Positions 29,475-39,698 of a stretch of 64,000 bases of DNA are shown in pieces (position 1 is the stretch's first letter; every line of letters starts with the position of its first letter). The position numbers and the translations under genes were made by a program. The notes beneath the pieces are model-generated. The model saw only the letters and a program-made list of their open reading frames with translations, was not told the origin of the DNA and did not search any database. Source of the stretch: Candidatus Zymogenus saltonus (GTDB lineage: Bacteria; Desulfobacterota; Zymogenia; Zymogenales; Zymogenaceae). The DNA lies in the NCBI GenBank assembly GCA_016929395.1, contig JAFGIX010000069.1, positions 4,986 through 68,985 of the forward strand, given 5' to 3'.

Positions 29475-31076
29475 ATGGAATCCATAGTTAAAATAATTGA
29501 CGGGTTGAAGAGACCGTCGGCCTACGGAAATCGCCACAAGGTGGATGAGGTCAAGGTCGTTCAGACCCACATCTCCGTTGTCTTTCTCGCCGGGGATTTT
29601 GTCTACAAGGTCAAAAAGCCGGTGGACTTCGGCTTTTTGGACTTCTCCACGCTTGAAAAGAGGAAACATTATTGCAACGAGGAGGTGAGGCTCAACAGGC
29701 GGCTCTGTCCCGATATCTACCTCGACGTGGCGACCGTAAACGACCACAATGGGGAGATCGCGGTCGGGGGCGCCGGGAAGGTCATTGATTATGCAGTCGT
29801 CATGAAGAGGATGCCCGAGTCGGGGATGATGGACCTGATGCTCGAAAGGGGCGAGGTCACCAAGGATCATATCACGATGATCGCCGAGGTGCTGGCCCGG
29901 TTTTACGAACGCGCAAAGACGGGGGAGGGCGTTGACGAGTTTGGAACCGCCGAGGCGATAACGGTAAACACCGCCGAGAACTTCGACCAGACGTACAAGT
30001 ATATCGGGGAGACGATCGATCGGGATACCTACGACGACATAAAGAATTTCACAGACAACTTCTATCTTAAGAAGGCCGACCTGATCAAAAGCAGGATCGA
30101 TGAGGGCTTCATCAGGGAGGGACACGGCGACCTCCACTCGAAAAACATCTGTATCGCCAAAGGCGGCGTGTACATCTACGACTGCATCGAGTTCAACGAG
30201 AGGTTCAGGATCGGGGACGTTGCCAACGACATCGCCTTTCTGGCCATGGATCTCGACTTTCACCTCCACCCCGGTCTTTCAACCCACTTCGTCAACGAGT
30301 ACATCCGCCTGACGGGGGACACCAGGCTTTTTGATATGCTCAAATTTTACGCCTGCTATCGGGCCTTCGTCAGGGGGAAGGTTCTGAGCTTCCAGCTTGA
30401 CGGCGCCGAGATTTCAGACGAGGGGAAGGAGCGGGCGAAAAGCGAGGCGCGGCTCTACTTCGCCCTCTCCCATTACTATGCCGTCTCCGAGAAGAGACCC
30501 TTTCTGGCGATCACCTTCGGGTTCTCCGGGACGGGAAAGAGCGGCCTGACCCGTATCGTGGCGGAGGAGACAGGCGCCGAGTTAATAAGCTCCGACGTCG
30601 TGAGAAAAAGCCTTTTCGGCATCAAGCCTGATGAGCACGTATACGAGGCCCCGGGGGAGGGGATATATTCATCGGATGTCTCGAAGAGGACTTACGACGA
30701 GATTTTCGGACTGGCAAGGGAGACCCTCGCCGGGGGGCGTCCGGTGATTCTGGACGCCACGTTTCTCAAAGAAAAGGGAAGAAGGGACGCCAAAGAGTTC
30801 GCTCAAGAGACGGGGTCACGGTTTTTTGTTATTGAGACGACCTGTCCCGAGGAGGTCGCAAAAAAGCGGATAGTCAAGAGGATGGAGAAGGGAAGCTACT
30901 CCGATGCCACGGTCGACGTCTACGAAAGGCAGCTCGAGGAGATGGAGCCCCTCTCGGTCGATGAAAGGGAGTTTGCGATTTCGGTTGACACGACGGCGCC
31001 CAAGGGGGTGAACGTCAGGACCGTTTTGAGATACATTTTATTAAACGACAAAGGCAAAGATGGCGGTCGGCGTTGA
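29475..31076 (+). CDS. bifunctional aminoglycoside-phosphotransferase-like kinase / P-loop ATP-binding protein
   Basis: N-terminal HGDLHSKN (Brenner motif) kinase fold. C-terminal GFSGTGKSGL Walker A domain. Confidence 0.75.
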   Translation: MESIVKIIDGLKRPSAYGNRHKVDEVKVVQTHISVVFLAGDFVYKVKKPVDFGFLDFSTLEKRKHYCNEEVRLNRRLCPDIYLDVATVNDHNGEIAVGGAGKVIDYAVVMKRMPESGMMDLMLERGEVTKDHITMIAEVLARFYERAKTGEGVDEFGTAEAITVNTAENFDQTYKYIGETIDRDTYDDIKNFTDNFYLKKADLIKSRIDEGFIREGHGDLHSKNICIAKGGVYIYDCIEFNERFRIGDVANDIAFLAMDLDFHLHPGLSTHFVNEYIRLTGDTRLFDMLKFYACYRAFVRGKVLSFQLDGAEISDEGKERAKSEARLYFALSHYYAVSEKRPFLAITFGFSGTGKSGLTRIVAEETGAELISSDVVRKSLFGIKPDEHVYEAPGEGIYSSDVSKRTYDEIFGLARETLAGGRPVILDATFLKEKGRRDAKEFAQETGSRFFVIETTCPEEVAKKRIVKRMEKGSYSDATVDVYERQLEEMEPLSVDEREFAISVDTTAPKGVNVRTVLRYILLNDKGKDGGRR

Positions 31077-31226
31077 ATCGCTGAAGATACGTGGGGAACG
31101 GCGGAAGGCAGATTTCGTTGTAAAATGGTTTTTAATACAATTAAGGTGCAAAAGACCTTGAGACGTCGGCTTCCTCTATCTTCGGGGCCGAGGTTTAAAT
31201 TAACTTAATATCTACGGAGGATATTA

Positions 31227-31937
31227 ATGAAAAAGACAAGATTAAAAAAGAGTGTTGCCGCCGCGGTTGCGGCCCTGGCCATAAGCGCGCTTTTTCTTCT
31301 GCCTTCAATGGCACAAATCAAGGATATCTCGATGTGGCTGGAGAAGACCACCTTCAGCCCCGGCGAGAGGATAGTGCTGCACTTCAAGGCGCCGGCGTCC
31401 TTTCCCACAAGCGCATGGATAGGTATAATTCCGTCCAACATCCCCCACGGGAGCGAGGCGACAAACGACCAGAACGACATCGAGTATAAGTACCTTCAGG
31501 GGATGACCTCCGGGACCCTCTACTTCACCGCCCCCAGAATAGCCGGCACCTACGACTTTCGGATGCACGACAGTGACAACAACGGTTCGGAGGTGGGATC
31601 GATGCCTTTCTATGTGGTTTCATCGTCCGGGGGGGGCGTTTCTCTGAGCATAGACAAACGCTCTTACCGCCCCGGCGAGCAGATCAGGGTTACGTTCACC
31701 GCCCCGGCGACCTATCCGAGTAACGCCTGGATAGGGATCATCCCGTCCAATATCCCCCACGGGAGCGAGGCGACAAACGACCAGCACGACGTGGCTTACC
31801 AGTACCTCAAGGGGATGACCTCCGGGACCCTCTATTTCACGGCGCCCGGCAATCCCGGCTCCTACGATATGAGGATGCATGACAGCGACTCCAACGGTAC
31901 CGAGGTCTCCTCGGTAAGCTTTAACGTATCCTACTGA
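31227..31937 (+). CDS. secreted protein made of two tandem ~105-aa repeats of an unrecognised domain
   Basis: Signal peptide present. Two near-identical repeats (AWIGIIPSNIPHGSEATNDQ...GMTSGTLYFTAP...RMHDSD), also visible as a DNA-level duplication. Confidence 0.7.
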   Translation: MKKTRLKKSVAAAVAALAISALFLLPSMAQIKDISMWLEKTTFSPGERIVLHFKAPASFPTSAWIGIIPSNIPHGSEATNDQNDIEYKYLQGMTSGTLYFTAPRIAGTYDFRMHDSDNNGSEVGSMPFYVVSSSGGGVSLSIDKRSYRPGEQIRVTFTAPATYPSNAWIGIIPSNIPHGSEATNDQHDVAYQYLKGMTSGTLYFTAPGNPGSYDMRMHDSDSNGTEVSSVSFNVSY

Positions 31938-32117
31938 TAGGAATTGGGGGAGGTTTTTCAAAAATAGAAAAAACGGCTCATTGATTTCACTTTCGGGGGG
32001 TCAGTATTGGCCCCCCTCTTTTTAGATACGACAAGGGAATATCGAGCGGCGGCCTTATCTTTAAGGCCGCCATCGGCGGCGCCGATAATGAAGAGGAGGA
32101 TGAAAATCGACTGAAAG

Positions 32118-33278
32118 ATGACACAGAACGAATATGAAAATAATGCCGAGGATCACAGGATAGTAAAGCTGATCCCCCTCTTCGTTGCCATCTCCGTATT
32201 GGGGCTGACCCTGGGCCTTACGCTTCCGGTTCTCTCCCTTGCCATGGACAGGGTGGGGGCGTCCGTCACCCTTATCGGGCTGAATACGCTCTTTGCAAAC
32301 CTTGCGGCGCTCATAACGGCGTCGCTGACGCCTGTGGTCATAACAAAGGTGGGCGGCAAGCGCCTTATAGCCTGGGGCCTGATATTTGCCGGACTCACGC
32401 TCACCCTCTTCGCGTTCTCCACTGACATCCCCTCGTTCTTCGTGTTCAGGATCGCGAACGGCTTCAGCTTCGGGTTCATCTTCGTCGCCACAGAGACCTT
32501 TGTAATTTCCATGAGCAGCCCGGAGAGGCGGGCGCGAAATATGGGCATCTACGGCATGGCCATGGCGACGGGGGGGGCCTTCGGTCCGGCCATAGGCTTT
32601 ACGCTATTTGAGAAAAGCCCGGGACTACCCTTCCTGACGGGCGGAGCGATATGCCTTGTGTCGATCATAATATTTCTTTTGCTCTTCAGGCCGACCGAGA
32701 CCCTGAAGCAAAGCCCGAAAGGCGTCCTCTCGCCCGCGAAGATTGCCATTCCCCTGGGGGCCGCCGTCGCCTTCGGATTTATCCTGGAGGGGGTCTCCGC
32801 CCTGATACCGCTGTATCTTAAGGAGATAAAATTCCCGCCGAAGAGCATGGGATACATAGTCACCGCCTTTCAGCTTGGGGCTATACCCCTCCAGTATCCA
32901 CTATGTTTCATCGCGGACAAGTTCGGGAAAAGGCGTTACCTGGCCACGATATACATACTGATCGGAATCGGCTTCTTTACGATCCCCCTGTTCTCGGCGA
33001 TGAAAATCTTTTTGGTGCTCTCCTTTCTAATCGGCGGGGCTATCAGCTCCATCCATCCGGTCGGGATGGCCATCGCGGGAGACGACGTTAAAAAGGACGA
33101 ATATTCCCAGGCGGCGGCCTATATGTCTATAGGGTTTTCTATGGGCGCGATATTCGGCCCATATATCCTCTCCCTTGCGATGGACACCTTCGGATACGAG
33201 TACCTCTTTTACACATCGGGGACGGTGCTCGTCCTCCTCTCGCTCCAGCCGATAGTGAGCGTTCTGAACAGATCTTAA
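32118..33278 (+). CDS. MFS transporter
   Basis: 12-TM-like hydrophobicity pattern and MFS motifs. Confidence 0.85.
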   Translation: MTQNEYENNAEDHRIVKLIPLFVAISVLGLTLGLTLPVLSLAMDRVGASVTLIGLNTLFANLAALITASLTPVVITKVGGKRLIAWGLIFAGLTLTLFAFSTDIPSFFVFRIANGFSFGFIFVATETFVISMSSPERRARNMGIYGMAMATGGAFGPAIGFTLFEKSPGLPFLTGGAICLVSIIIFLLLFRPTETLKQSPKGVLSPAKIAIPLGAAVAFGFILEGVSALIPLYLKEIKFPPKSMGYIVTAFQLGAIPLQYPLCFIADKFGKRRYLATIYILIGIGFFTIPLFSAMKIFLVLSFLIGGAISSIHPVGMAIAGDDVKKDEYSQAAAYMSIGFSMGAIFGPYILSLAMDTFGYEYLFYTSGTVLVLLSLQPIVSVLNRS

Positions 33279-33385
33279 GATTAAGGCTTCATCCGAAAGG
33301 TCTTTTTCAAGGCCGGTGTCGACAACAGAGTCAAGACCTCCGGCCGATGAAGAGCAGCCGCGGGTTCCTCGACAAACAGGTCTGA

Positions 33386-34528
33386 TCATTTCCGACAGAC
33401 GAGAAACGGGAGGTCCCTCAGTCTTATAAGGAGCTTTATGTCGAAGCCCTCCTTTGTCTTGAGGTGGGCTTTGAGGATATTTCCCTTTGCGGAGATATGC
33501 CTCACCGAAAAGAGCTCGGAAAAGGGCGTAAGCCCGGAGAGGCCCCTCCCCCTCCTCAACCCGTCCTTGAGGAGGTCCTCGTCCCTCTCGGCCGATTCTT
33601 CGTCCGGATAGTAGATGACCAGGATTATGTCCTGCTCCTTTCCCGTCTCGGCAGGGCGGATGCCGAAGGCGAAATAGGTATAGGGCGAGAGGTGATAATC
33701 GGGAAGCCCCCATTCATCCGGGCTTCTGCTCATCAGGGAGTTTTCCCCGTAGAGTTCCGTTGCCGTCACCGCCGAAGAGATGTAGAGGGATGTCACGTCT
33801 CCCGCCTCCTCGACTATCGTCGAGATCTCCTTGTCGCCGGAGAGTATTCCGTTGTCGAAGCCGTCTATGTAGTCCTTCAGGAGGTCGATCGTCGGCGCGT
33901 GGGCTATGGTGTTCCTGTTTACGAAGGTGAGGTTTGAAAAGGTGAGGGGAAGCCCGCCCATCATGAGGGCATTGGTCAGGGGGAGCGAGTAGAGGGTGTG
34001 GCCCCGGTAATCCTCCGCGCGATAATGGTATTCGATCAGGCGTTTCGTTATCGCCTTTCGGTCAAAGTCCCCAGTAACGACCATCACCGAGTGGGCATCC
34101 GTCCTTGCCACAATCTTTGTCGCGAAGCCGCTTGGGTCAAAGCCCAGGGAGGCGTTTTCCGAGAGGAGGAAGGACATCTCCCCCATGGAAAAAATGAAGC
34201 TGTCCACCTCGGAAAAAAAAGCGATCTTGTCTCTCATGGGTGATGAGTGACGGACCTCGTTAAGACCGAGGAGCGTTTTCGCCCTAATCAGGTTTGAATA
34301 CTCGATGGATTGGTATTTCCTCATCGGGACGGCCGAAAAGGGATTTAAGACCTTTTCTTTCGGGGGAGTGCAGGATACGGCGAATATTGAGGTAAGAAGG
34401 AGGGCGGCACATAAGCCGATATGGTATCTGGGTCGATACGGCGTGAAGCGGGTCGCCTCTCCCGCTTCGCTCGATGCCGCACCCCTTCTCTTTGACCACA
34501 GCCGTTGCAAAAAGCCGCTCTGTTGCAT
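33386..34528 (-). CDS. hypothetical lipoprotein / exported protein
   Basis: Signal peptide with lipobox-like AVSC. No other motif. Confidence 0.55.
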   Translation of the reverse strand: MQQSGFLQRLWSKRRGAASSEAGEATRFTPYRPRYHIGLCAALLLTSIFAVSCTPPKEKVLNPFSAVPMRKYQSIEYSNLIRAKTLLGLNEVRHSSPMRDKIAFFSEVDSFIFSMGEMSFLLSENASLGFDPSGFATKIVARTDAHSVMVVTGDFDRKAITKRLIEYHYRAEDYRGHTLYSLPLTNALMMGGLPLTFSNLTFVNRNTIAHAPTIDLLKDYIDGFDNGILSGDKEISTIVEEAGDVTSLYISSAVTATELYGENSLMSRSPDEWGLPDYHLSPYTYFAFGIRPAETGKEQDIILVIYYPDEESAERDEDLLKDGLRRGRGLSGLTPFSELFSVRHISAKGNILKAHLKTKEGFDIKLLIRLRDLPFLVCRK

Positions 34529-34827
34529 GGGCGTGTCCTCTTCGTAGTCGATCTTTATGTAAATATACCGACTGCTTCCGAGGGGAGACCGCTCAGTATC
34601 GGGTTTTTGGGAGGCGGATGGATCTTTATAAATTCCCCCCTCGACTTATATATATGCTACCATTGGAAGCGTCTTTTAGTCAACGTTTTATATGAGGGTT
34701 TTGAATAGATATTATATCGCTCAAAAAACGCCCCTCCGTTTCGTTGACGACTTATTGGCAAAATATTTTTTGACAACTCGGCCCAATAGAGATAACATGT
34801 TAGGCCGATTCTTTGGGTTAAGGGAAA

Positions 34828-35628
34828 TTGACGATTTTACAGAAGACCGAGAAGGCCCTCGATTCCCATGTGGGCAAGGCGATTATCAAATACGGGATGA
34901 TAAGGCCCAATGACGTTATTATGGTGGCTTTCTCGGGGGGGAAGGACAGCTGGGCCCTCTTGTTTACGCTCAGGCGGCTTATGGAGAAGGCGCCGGTAAA
35001 GTTCTCCATCAAGGCGGTTCACGTCGACGTAGGATTCCCGGGGACGGACACGGCGCCTATCGAGGAGTATCTCGACTATCACAAATTCGACTACGAGATA
35101 TTGAGGACGGGGATCTACAAACTCACAAAGATGAAATTGAGCCCCGACCAGAATCCGTGCCCCTTTTGCGCAAGGATGAGGCGCGGGGCGCTTTATGGTA
35201 GAGCGAATGGGGGCGGCTTTACGACGATAGCCTTAGGTCACCACCGGGAAGACCTTCTCGAAACGCTCCTGATGAACCTCTTTTTCAACGGGCTTCTTCG
35301 GGCGATGGCCCCCAGGTACGTCGCCAAAGATTACGGTTACGCGGTTATCCGCCCGATGGTGTTCGTAGAGGAACGGCTGATCTCCCGCTACGCGAGGCTG
35401 ATGGATTTTCCGATTGTCGATATTTGCCCTCACAAGGCGAAGGCTGTGGGCAAGCGCTCGGAGATGAAGGAGCTGATCTCAAACCTCGAGAGGAAGTACC
35501 CGAAGATAAAGAAGATAATGTTCAGGGCGCTGGGCAATGTCGATGCGGATCATCTCATGGACGAAACCCTTTACGGGTTTAAATCCTTGGGAGACGGGAT
35601 AGACGTAAATGAAGACAGTAGATGTTAA
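34828..35628 (+). CDS. ttcA: tRNA 2-thiocytidine biosynthesis protein TtcA (PP-loop ATPase)
   Basis: SGGKDS PP-loop and CPFC Cys motif. TTG start. Confidence 0.85.
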   Translation: MTILQKTEKALDSHVGKAIIKYGMIRPNDVIMVAFSGGKDSWALLFTLRRLMEKAPVKFSIKAVHVDVGFPGTDTAPIEEYLDYHKFDYEILRTGIYKLTKMKLSPDQNPCPFCARMRRGALYGRANGGGFTTIALGHHREDLLETLLMNLFFNGLLRAMAPRYVAKDYGYAVIRPMVFVEERLISRYARLMDFPIVDICPHKAKAVGKRSEMKELISNLERKYPKIKKIMFRALGNVDADHLMDETLYGFKSLGDGIDVNEDSRC

Positions 35629-36226
35629 AACCGATACGGACCGGGCCGTCTCCCTCGCCGTCGAGGCGCTGAGGCGGGGGGAGGTGTTGATCTATCCCAC
35701 CGATACCCTCTACGGGCTCGGCGCGGACGCGAGAAACAAAAGGGCGATATCGAGGCTTATGGAGATAAAGGGTCGGTCCGCTGGCCTCGTCTTTTCGGTG
35801 ATGCTCGGGGACGTGAGCGAGCTTGTAAAGCTGGTCAAGGTCAGGGGCGGATTAAGGCCGGTCCTCAAGATGCTCCCGGGGCCGTATACGTTTGTCTTTC
35901 CCTCGAAGGAGAAGCTCCCGGATGGAGTCATAGGGTCGGGGGTGGGGATAGGGGTCAGAATCCCGGACCACCCGGTGGCCCTCAAGATCGCTATGGAGTT
36001 CAAGGCACCGATAATCACGACCAGCGTAAACAGGACGGGGGAGCCGCCGCTGACGAAATCGAGGGAGATCGTCGAGATGTTCAACGACGAGGTGGACCTC
36101 TTCCTCGATTCGGGGGATATAGCCGGCGTGCCCTCCACGGTAATATCGTTTGTGTCCCATCCGCCGAAGGTCTTGAGGGTGGGCGCCGGTGATACGGCTT
36201 TCTTGAGCGAAATTGAAACTCTATAA
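35609..36226 (+). CDS. tsaC: L-threonylcarbamoyladenylate synthase (TsaC/YrdC family)
   Basis: YPTDTLYGLGADA motif. Confidence 0.85.
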   Translation: MKTVDVKTDTDRAVSLAVEALRRGEVLIYPTDTLYGLGADARNKRAISRLMEIKGRSAGLVFSVMLGDVSELVKLVKVRGGLRPVLKMLPGPYTFVFPSKEKLPDGVIGSGVGIGVRIPDHPVALKIAMEFKAPIITTSVNRTGEPPLTKSREIVEMFNDEVDLFLDSGDIAGVPSTVISFVSHPPKVLRVGAGDTAFLSEIETL

Positions 36227-36287
36227 GGGGAGCTTCTTGGCTCAAAGACCGGGAGTCGTCTCGTACTGAGATATTTGGGGATTTGAC

Positions 36288-37724
36288 ATGGCTTTTGACT
36301 TTGACCTCGATGAGATGTTCGGTTGGGCGCGGGATCACTACAGCCTCGGCTTTAAGAGGCCGGGGACCCATGAGGGAATGAGGGCGGAGGAGTATATCTA
36401 CGGCCTTTTCAAGGGATTCGGGCTTCCCAAAGTTGCGATCGAGGACGTCCCCTTTTTCGGCTGGTTTCACGAGAAGGCTCACATTATCGTTCACGGCGCG
36501 GCGGCGGGTTCAAAGAGCTTTCCCTGCGAGCCTATCGTCTACACCGCCTTTACGGCTCCTTCGGGGATCACGGCCCCGATAATCGATGTGGGGTTTGGGG
36601 CGAAGGAGGACTTCGATAGGATTGATCTCAAAGGCAAGATCGCCCTCGTGACTTACGCCCACGGCCGCCTTCCTTACGACGTCATGTACGAGATAGGCTA
36701 CTACGTCCACGACCCGGAAGGCAGCATGGCAGGGAAAGACCAGGTGATGTCGTGGATTGCCGAGGAGGAGCAGAGGGTCTATGAGGCCGCTGTGGATGCG
36801 GGGGCGGCGGGTTTTATCGGGGTGTATCCCCTTGACATCACCCCTTACCTCTGCTTTGAGGGAGGGGACGCCTTTACCGGAACTGTTGGCTCGATTCCGG
36901 GGGTGGGGTTAAAAAAATCTGACGGGGAGCTTCTTAGGGAGCTGGTTTTAAAGGATGATATTTCGGCCACAATCGTTCTCACAGGCGAGATGAGAAGGAG
37001 CGTCACCCGAAACATAGTCGGGATTATTCCGGGGGAGTCGGAGCGGGTAATCCAGGTCACATCCCACCACGACTCGATGTGGCTGGGCGCCACCGAAGAC
37101 GCCTCCGGCGTCAGCGTGGTGTTGGCGTTGGCCAAGGCGTATGCGGATAGATACAGGGACAAGAGGCCGAAGAAGACCCTGGTCTTTCTGCTGGAGGCGG
37201 CGGAGTGCCTCTTCGTGATCGGCTCCAGGGGCTACATATCGAGGCACAGGGAAGATTTGATAAGAAACCTCGTGTGCGACCTCCACGCCGAGCACCTCGC
37301 CCTGGAGTTTGCCGAGGGTGATAACGGCGTGCTCGTTCCGACCGGCGACATCATGCCGAGGGCGCTGTTCGTAACTGACGCCGGCCCCCTTGTGGAGATC
37401 GTGAAGGGGGCGGTGGTGAAAAACAACCTCAGGAGGACGGCGATGATACCTGCCGATACTCCCTTCGGCGTCCCCACGGACGCAACGGCGTACAACAGGT
37501 CGGGGATTCCGGTCGTCAGCTTCATCTCACCCCCGCTCTACTGGAACGGGATCGAGGACACCTGGGACAAGCTCGCCGTCGACGAGCTTATCCCGACGGC
37601 AAGGGCGTTTTCGGACATGGTCGAGGCCCTTCTCGAGGCCGATCCCGACACGATCAGAAAACCGGCCCCCCCGACCGGCGGGTACATCACATACGGCAGT
37701 CGGGTGAAGGATAAAAAGGGGTGA
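36288..37724 (+). CDS. M28-family Zn peptidase with PA domain
   Basis: HHDSMWLGATEDASGVSVVLALAKA motif. Confidence 0.8.
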   Translation: MAFDFDLDEMFGWARDHYSLGFKRPGTHEGMRAEEYIYGLFKGFGLPKVAIEDVPFFGWFHEKAHIIVHGAAAGSKSFPCEPIVYTAFTAPSGITAPIIDVGFGAKEDFDRIDLKGKIALVTYAHGRLPYDVMYEIGYYVHDPEGSMAGKDQVMSWIAEEEQRVYEAAVDAGAAGFIGVYPLDITPYLCFEGGDAFTGTVGSIPGVGLKKSDGELLRELVLKDDISATIVLTGEMRRSVTRNIVGIIPGESERVIQVTSHHDSMWLGATEDASGVSVVLALAKAYADRYRDKRPKKTLVFLLEAAECLFVIGSRGYISRHREDLIRNLVCDLHAEHLALEFAEGDNGVLVPTGDIMPRALFVTDAGPLVEIVKGAVVKNNLRRTAMIPADTPFGVPTDATAYNRSGIPVVSFISPPLYWNGIEDTWDKLAVDELIPTARAFSDMVEALLEADPDTIRKPAPPTGGYITYGSRVKDKKG

Positions 37725-37865
37725 GCCGCTCGTCACAAGGGCGAACACATATCCCAAATCCCCATGCTTTTCGGCGGTCAGGCTTTTTTATAAGGTTGCC
37801 CCATCGACTCCTTTCAATGCTGCCCAATCGTCATTTTGTGTGGGGAAATGATGGGTCGGAGAACT

Positions 37866-38069
37866 CTATAGATCCACGAGATCCCCGTTCGGCATCAAGT
37901 CGTCTTCAGGCGGCGAGCCGGTCTCGTTGAAGATCTTCTTCCTCACACAGGTTTCCGATTTTTTCTTGTTATTACAGTACTCGTCGATCAACGAAGCGCA
38001 GGTTTTTTTATAGGAATCCCGGTATTTCTTCAAGAATCCGCAATCCTCGAACTTCTCACACATATCCAT
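37866..38069 (-). CDS. small Cys-rich protein (67 aa), hypothetical
   Basis: Five Cys residues. Purine-rich RBS-like GAGAGAGAAG upstream. Confidence 0.3.
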   Translation of the reverse strand: MDMCEKFEDCGFLKKYRDSYKKTCASLIDEYCNNKKKSETCVRKKIFNETGSPPEDDLMPNGDLVDL

Positions 38070-38248
38070 TTTTTCTTCTCTCTCAAGTGGTTTTTCTTAA
38101 AGCAGATTGTCAACAGTAAAAATCGCTATTTACCGTGCATCCGTTTACAAAGCACCGATTGGGGATTGAATATGAGATTACCCCGTCTCTCATCAGTCCT
38201 TTTTCGGCGCAGAAAGTACTTCATTCGTTTTAAATCGGATTTATGCTC

Positions 38249-38271
38249 AAAAAAAAGCGGCTTTCGGCCGC
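38249..38271 (-). terminator. candidate intrinsic terminator (GCGGC tttcg GCCGC + T8 on the - strand)
   Basis: Short GC stem followed by an 8-nt T-run on the minus strand. Confidence 0.45.
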
Positions 38272-38329
38272 CTCACTCTAAACCCAGATTTTGAGATTTG
38301 CTTTTTCCATAATCGGTCAAAAAAATCGT

Positions 38330-38560
38330 CCCTATCCCAACATGCCTTTTCCGCCCCCACCCCCCCCCTCAGCTCGACTTTCCCACCTCCCCTAACTCAA
38401 CTTTCCCACTCCTGTCTCAATTTCCCTGTCTCCCCGACTCAACTCTCCCCACCCCAACTTGCCTTCCCCCCCTAATTCAACTTTCCCACTCCCCACCCGA
38501 CTCAAGTTGCCCGACCCTCGACACAATTAACTTCCTCTACCCCTTCTTGAATCCTACTGA
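38330..38560. repeat. degenerate tandem repeat, ~22-bp unit (CTCAACTTTCCCACTCCCC-like); pyrimidine-rich on + and purine-rich on -
   Basis: About six to eight imperfect copies (cagctcgactttcccacctcccc, taactcaactttcccactcc, ccgactcaactctccccacccc, taattcaactttcccactcccc, ...). Confidence 0.6.
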
Positions 38561-38642
38561 CCCGTTACCTAAAAATCCCTGCCCCCCTTTTAAATCCTCT
38601 CGGCATTTTGTATAAACCTATTCTGCCCTTTCTTTATTGGGA

Positions 38643-38906
38643 CTAATCAGAATACTTGATATCGAAGTCCGATTCCATCTCGTCTATAAATTCCAGGGTC
38701 GCCTTGAAGTATTCCAGGGTGCCGTGCTCCGTTCCCTTCATCGCTTCAAGTTTCTTGACCTGGTTTTCCTCTGTGGCCTCCGGTGAGGTTATATGGAGGT
38801 ATATCCTGTCCCTCAACGATGAGTCGTCACAGGAGATCGACAGGGAGCCTTCGGAAAACGAGATCTCACCTATTTTTGTTCCGCTTTTTATAATGTCAGC
38901 TTTCAT
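38643..38906 (-). CDS. hypothetical protein (87 aa)
   Basis: ORF with coding-like composition. No motif. Confidence 0.45.
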   Translation of the reverse strand: MKADIIKSGTKIGEISFSEGSLSISCDDSSLRDRIYLHITSPEATEENQVKKLEAMKGTEHGTLEYFKATLEFIDEMESDFDIKYSD

Positions 38907-39130
38907 ATTAAATTCCTATTTGGGAATTATAGCATAAGTGACAGATGAGAGACAAGAAAAAATAGACTTTTTCGAGAGGAGCACAGAGTTTTTATTTTTT
39001 CCTCTTTTTATCGGAGAGGACGATTCCGGATCCGCTTTTCGAATATTTTATTGTGTCTGGACTGTTTTGGAAGTTTGCCTGCCAATATTGTCGACCGTAA
39101 TTACTCCTTTATCTTGGTAAAGTTTTTCTA

Positions 39131-39466
39131 TCAATTCAGGAACCTAACATTGCAGTAGGACTCCCGCTCTTCGATCTGGCGGATGATCTCCCTCTTTACT
39201 TCCCAGTCGTCCTCTATCGGCTCGACGCTGGAGACCTGCTGTCCCTTATCGTTCACCGCATATTTATATTTTACTATATATCCCGGCACCACGGCGAAGC
39301 GTCCGCCTCCCATCCCGCAGCAGGAGGTATCCACGACTCCGAAGCCGATTATGGCAAGGACTTCTCTGTCGTTGAGGGCGATTTTCAGCTCCTTCTCCGG
39401 CGTGTAAGACCCCGCAATGGCGGTGACCTCTTCTTCGAGGTTTGGGTGTACGTAGTCTTTTGTCAT
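39131..39466 (-). CDS. hypothetical protein with GFGVVDTSCCGMGGG motif (111 aa)
   Basis: ORF with a conserved-looking Cys-Cys-Gly-rich core. Confidence 0.5.
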   Translation of the reverse strand: MTKDYVHPNLEEEVTAIAGSYTPEKELKIALNDREVLAIIGFGVVDTSCCGMGGGRFAVVPGYIVKYKYAVNDKGQQVSSVEPIEDDWEVKREIIRQIEERESYCNVRFLN

Positions 39467-39646
39467 CTATATCCCCTTTTCGGATTTACAATATTTCTTT
39501 GTTTGATATTTTACGCTTTTAATATAGCAAAGATGTGCGTTTTTGTCAAGGTGTTGGGAGTTGCATTGTGTCGGCATGACCTTCGGGATATTTAGCGTGA
39601 TCATCTTTCCGTTCGGCATGTTGATAAAAAAGGTGATGAAAAAAAG

Positions 39647-39655
39647 AGTGCTATA
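39647..39655 (+). promoter_or_regulatory. extended -10 promoter element (TGcTATAAT) upstream of the substrate-binding-protein gene
   Basis: TG at 39647-39648 and TATAAT at 39650-39655, 44 nt upstream of ATG 39699 with its own RBS. Confidence 0.45.
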
Positions 39656-39698
39656 ATGTAGAATATGTCTTTATCAGATCTGTTTATGGGGGGATGAG

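Noticed and set aside
33027-33713. 228-aa minus-strand ORF overlapping the MFS transporter end and lipoprotein gene
   Set aside because: Overlaps two better-supported genes. Arg/Gly-rich artefactual product.
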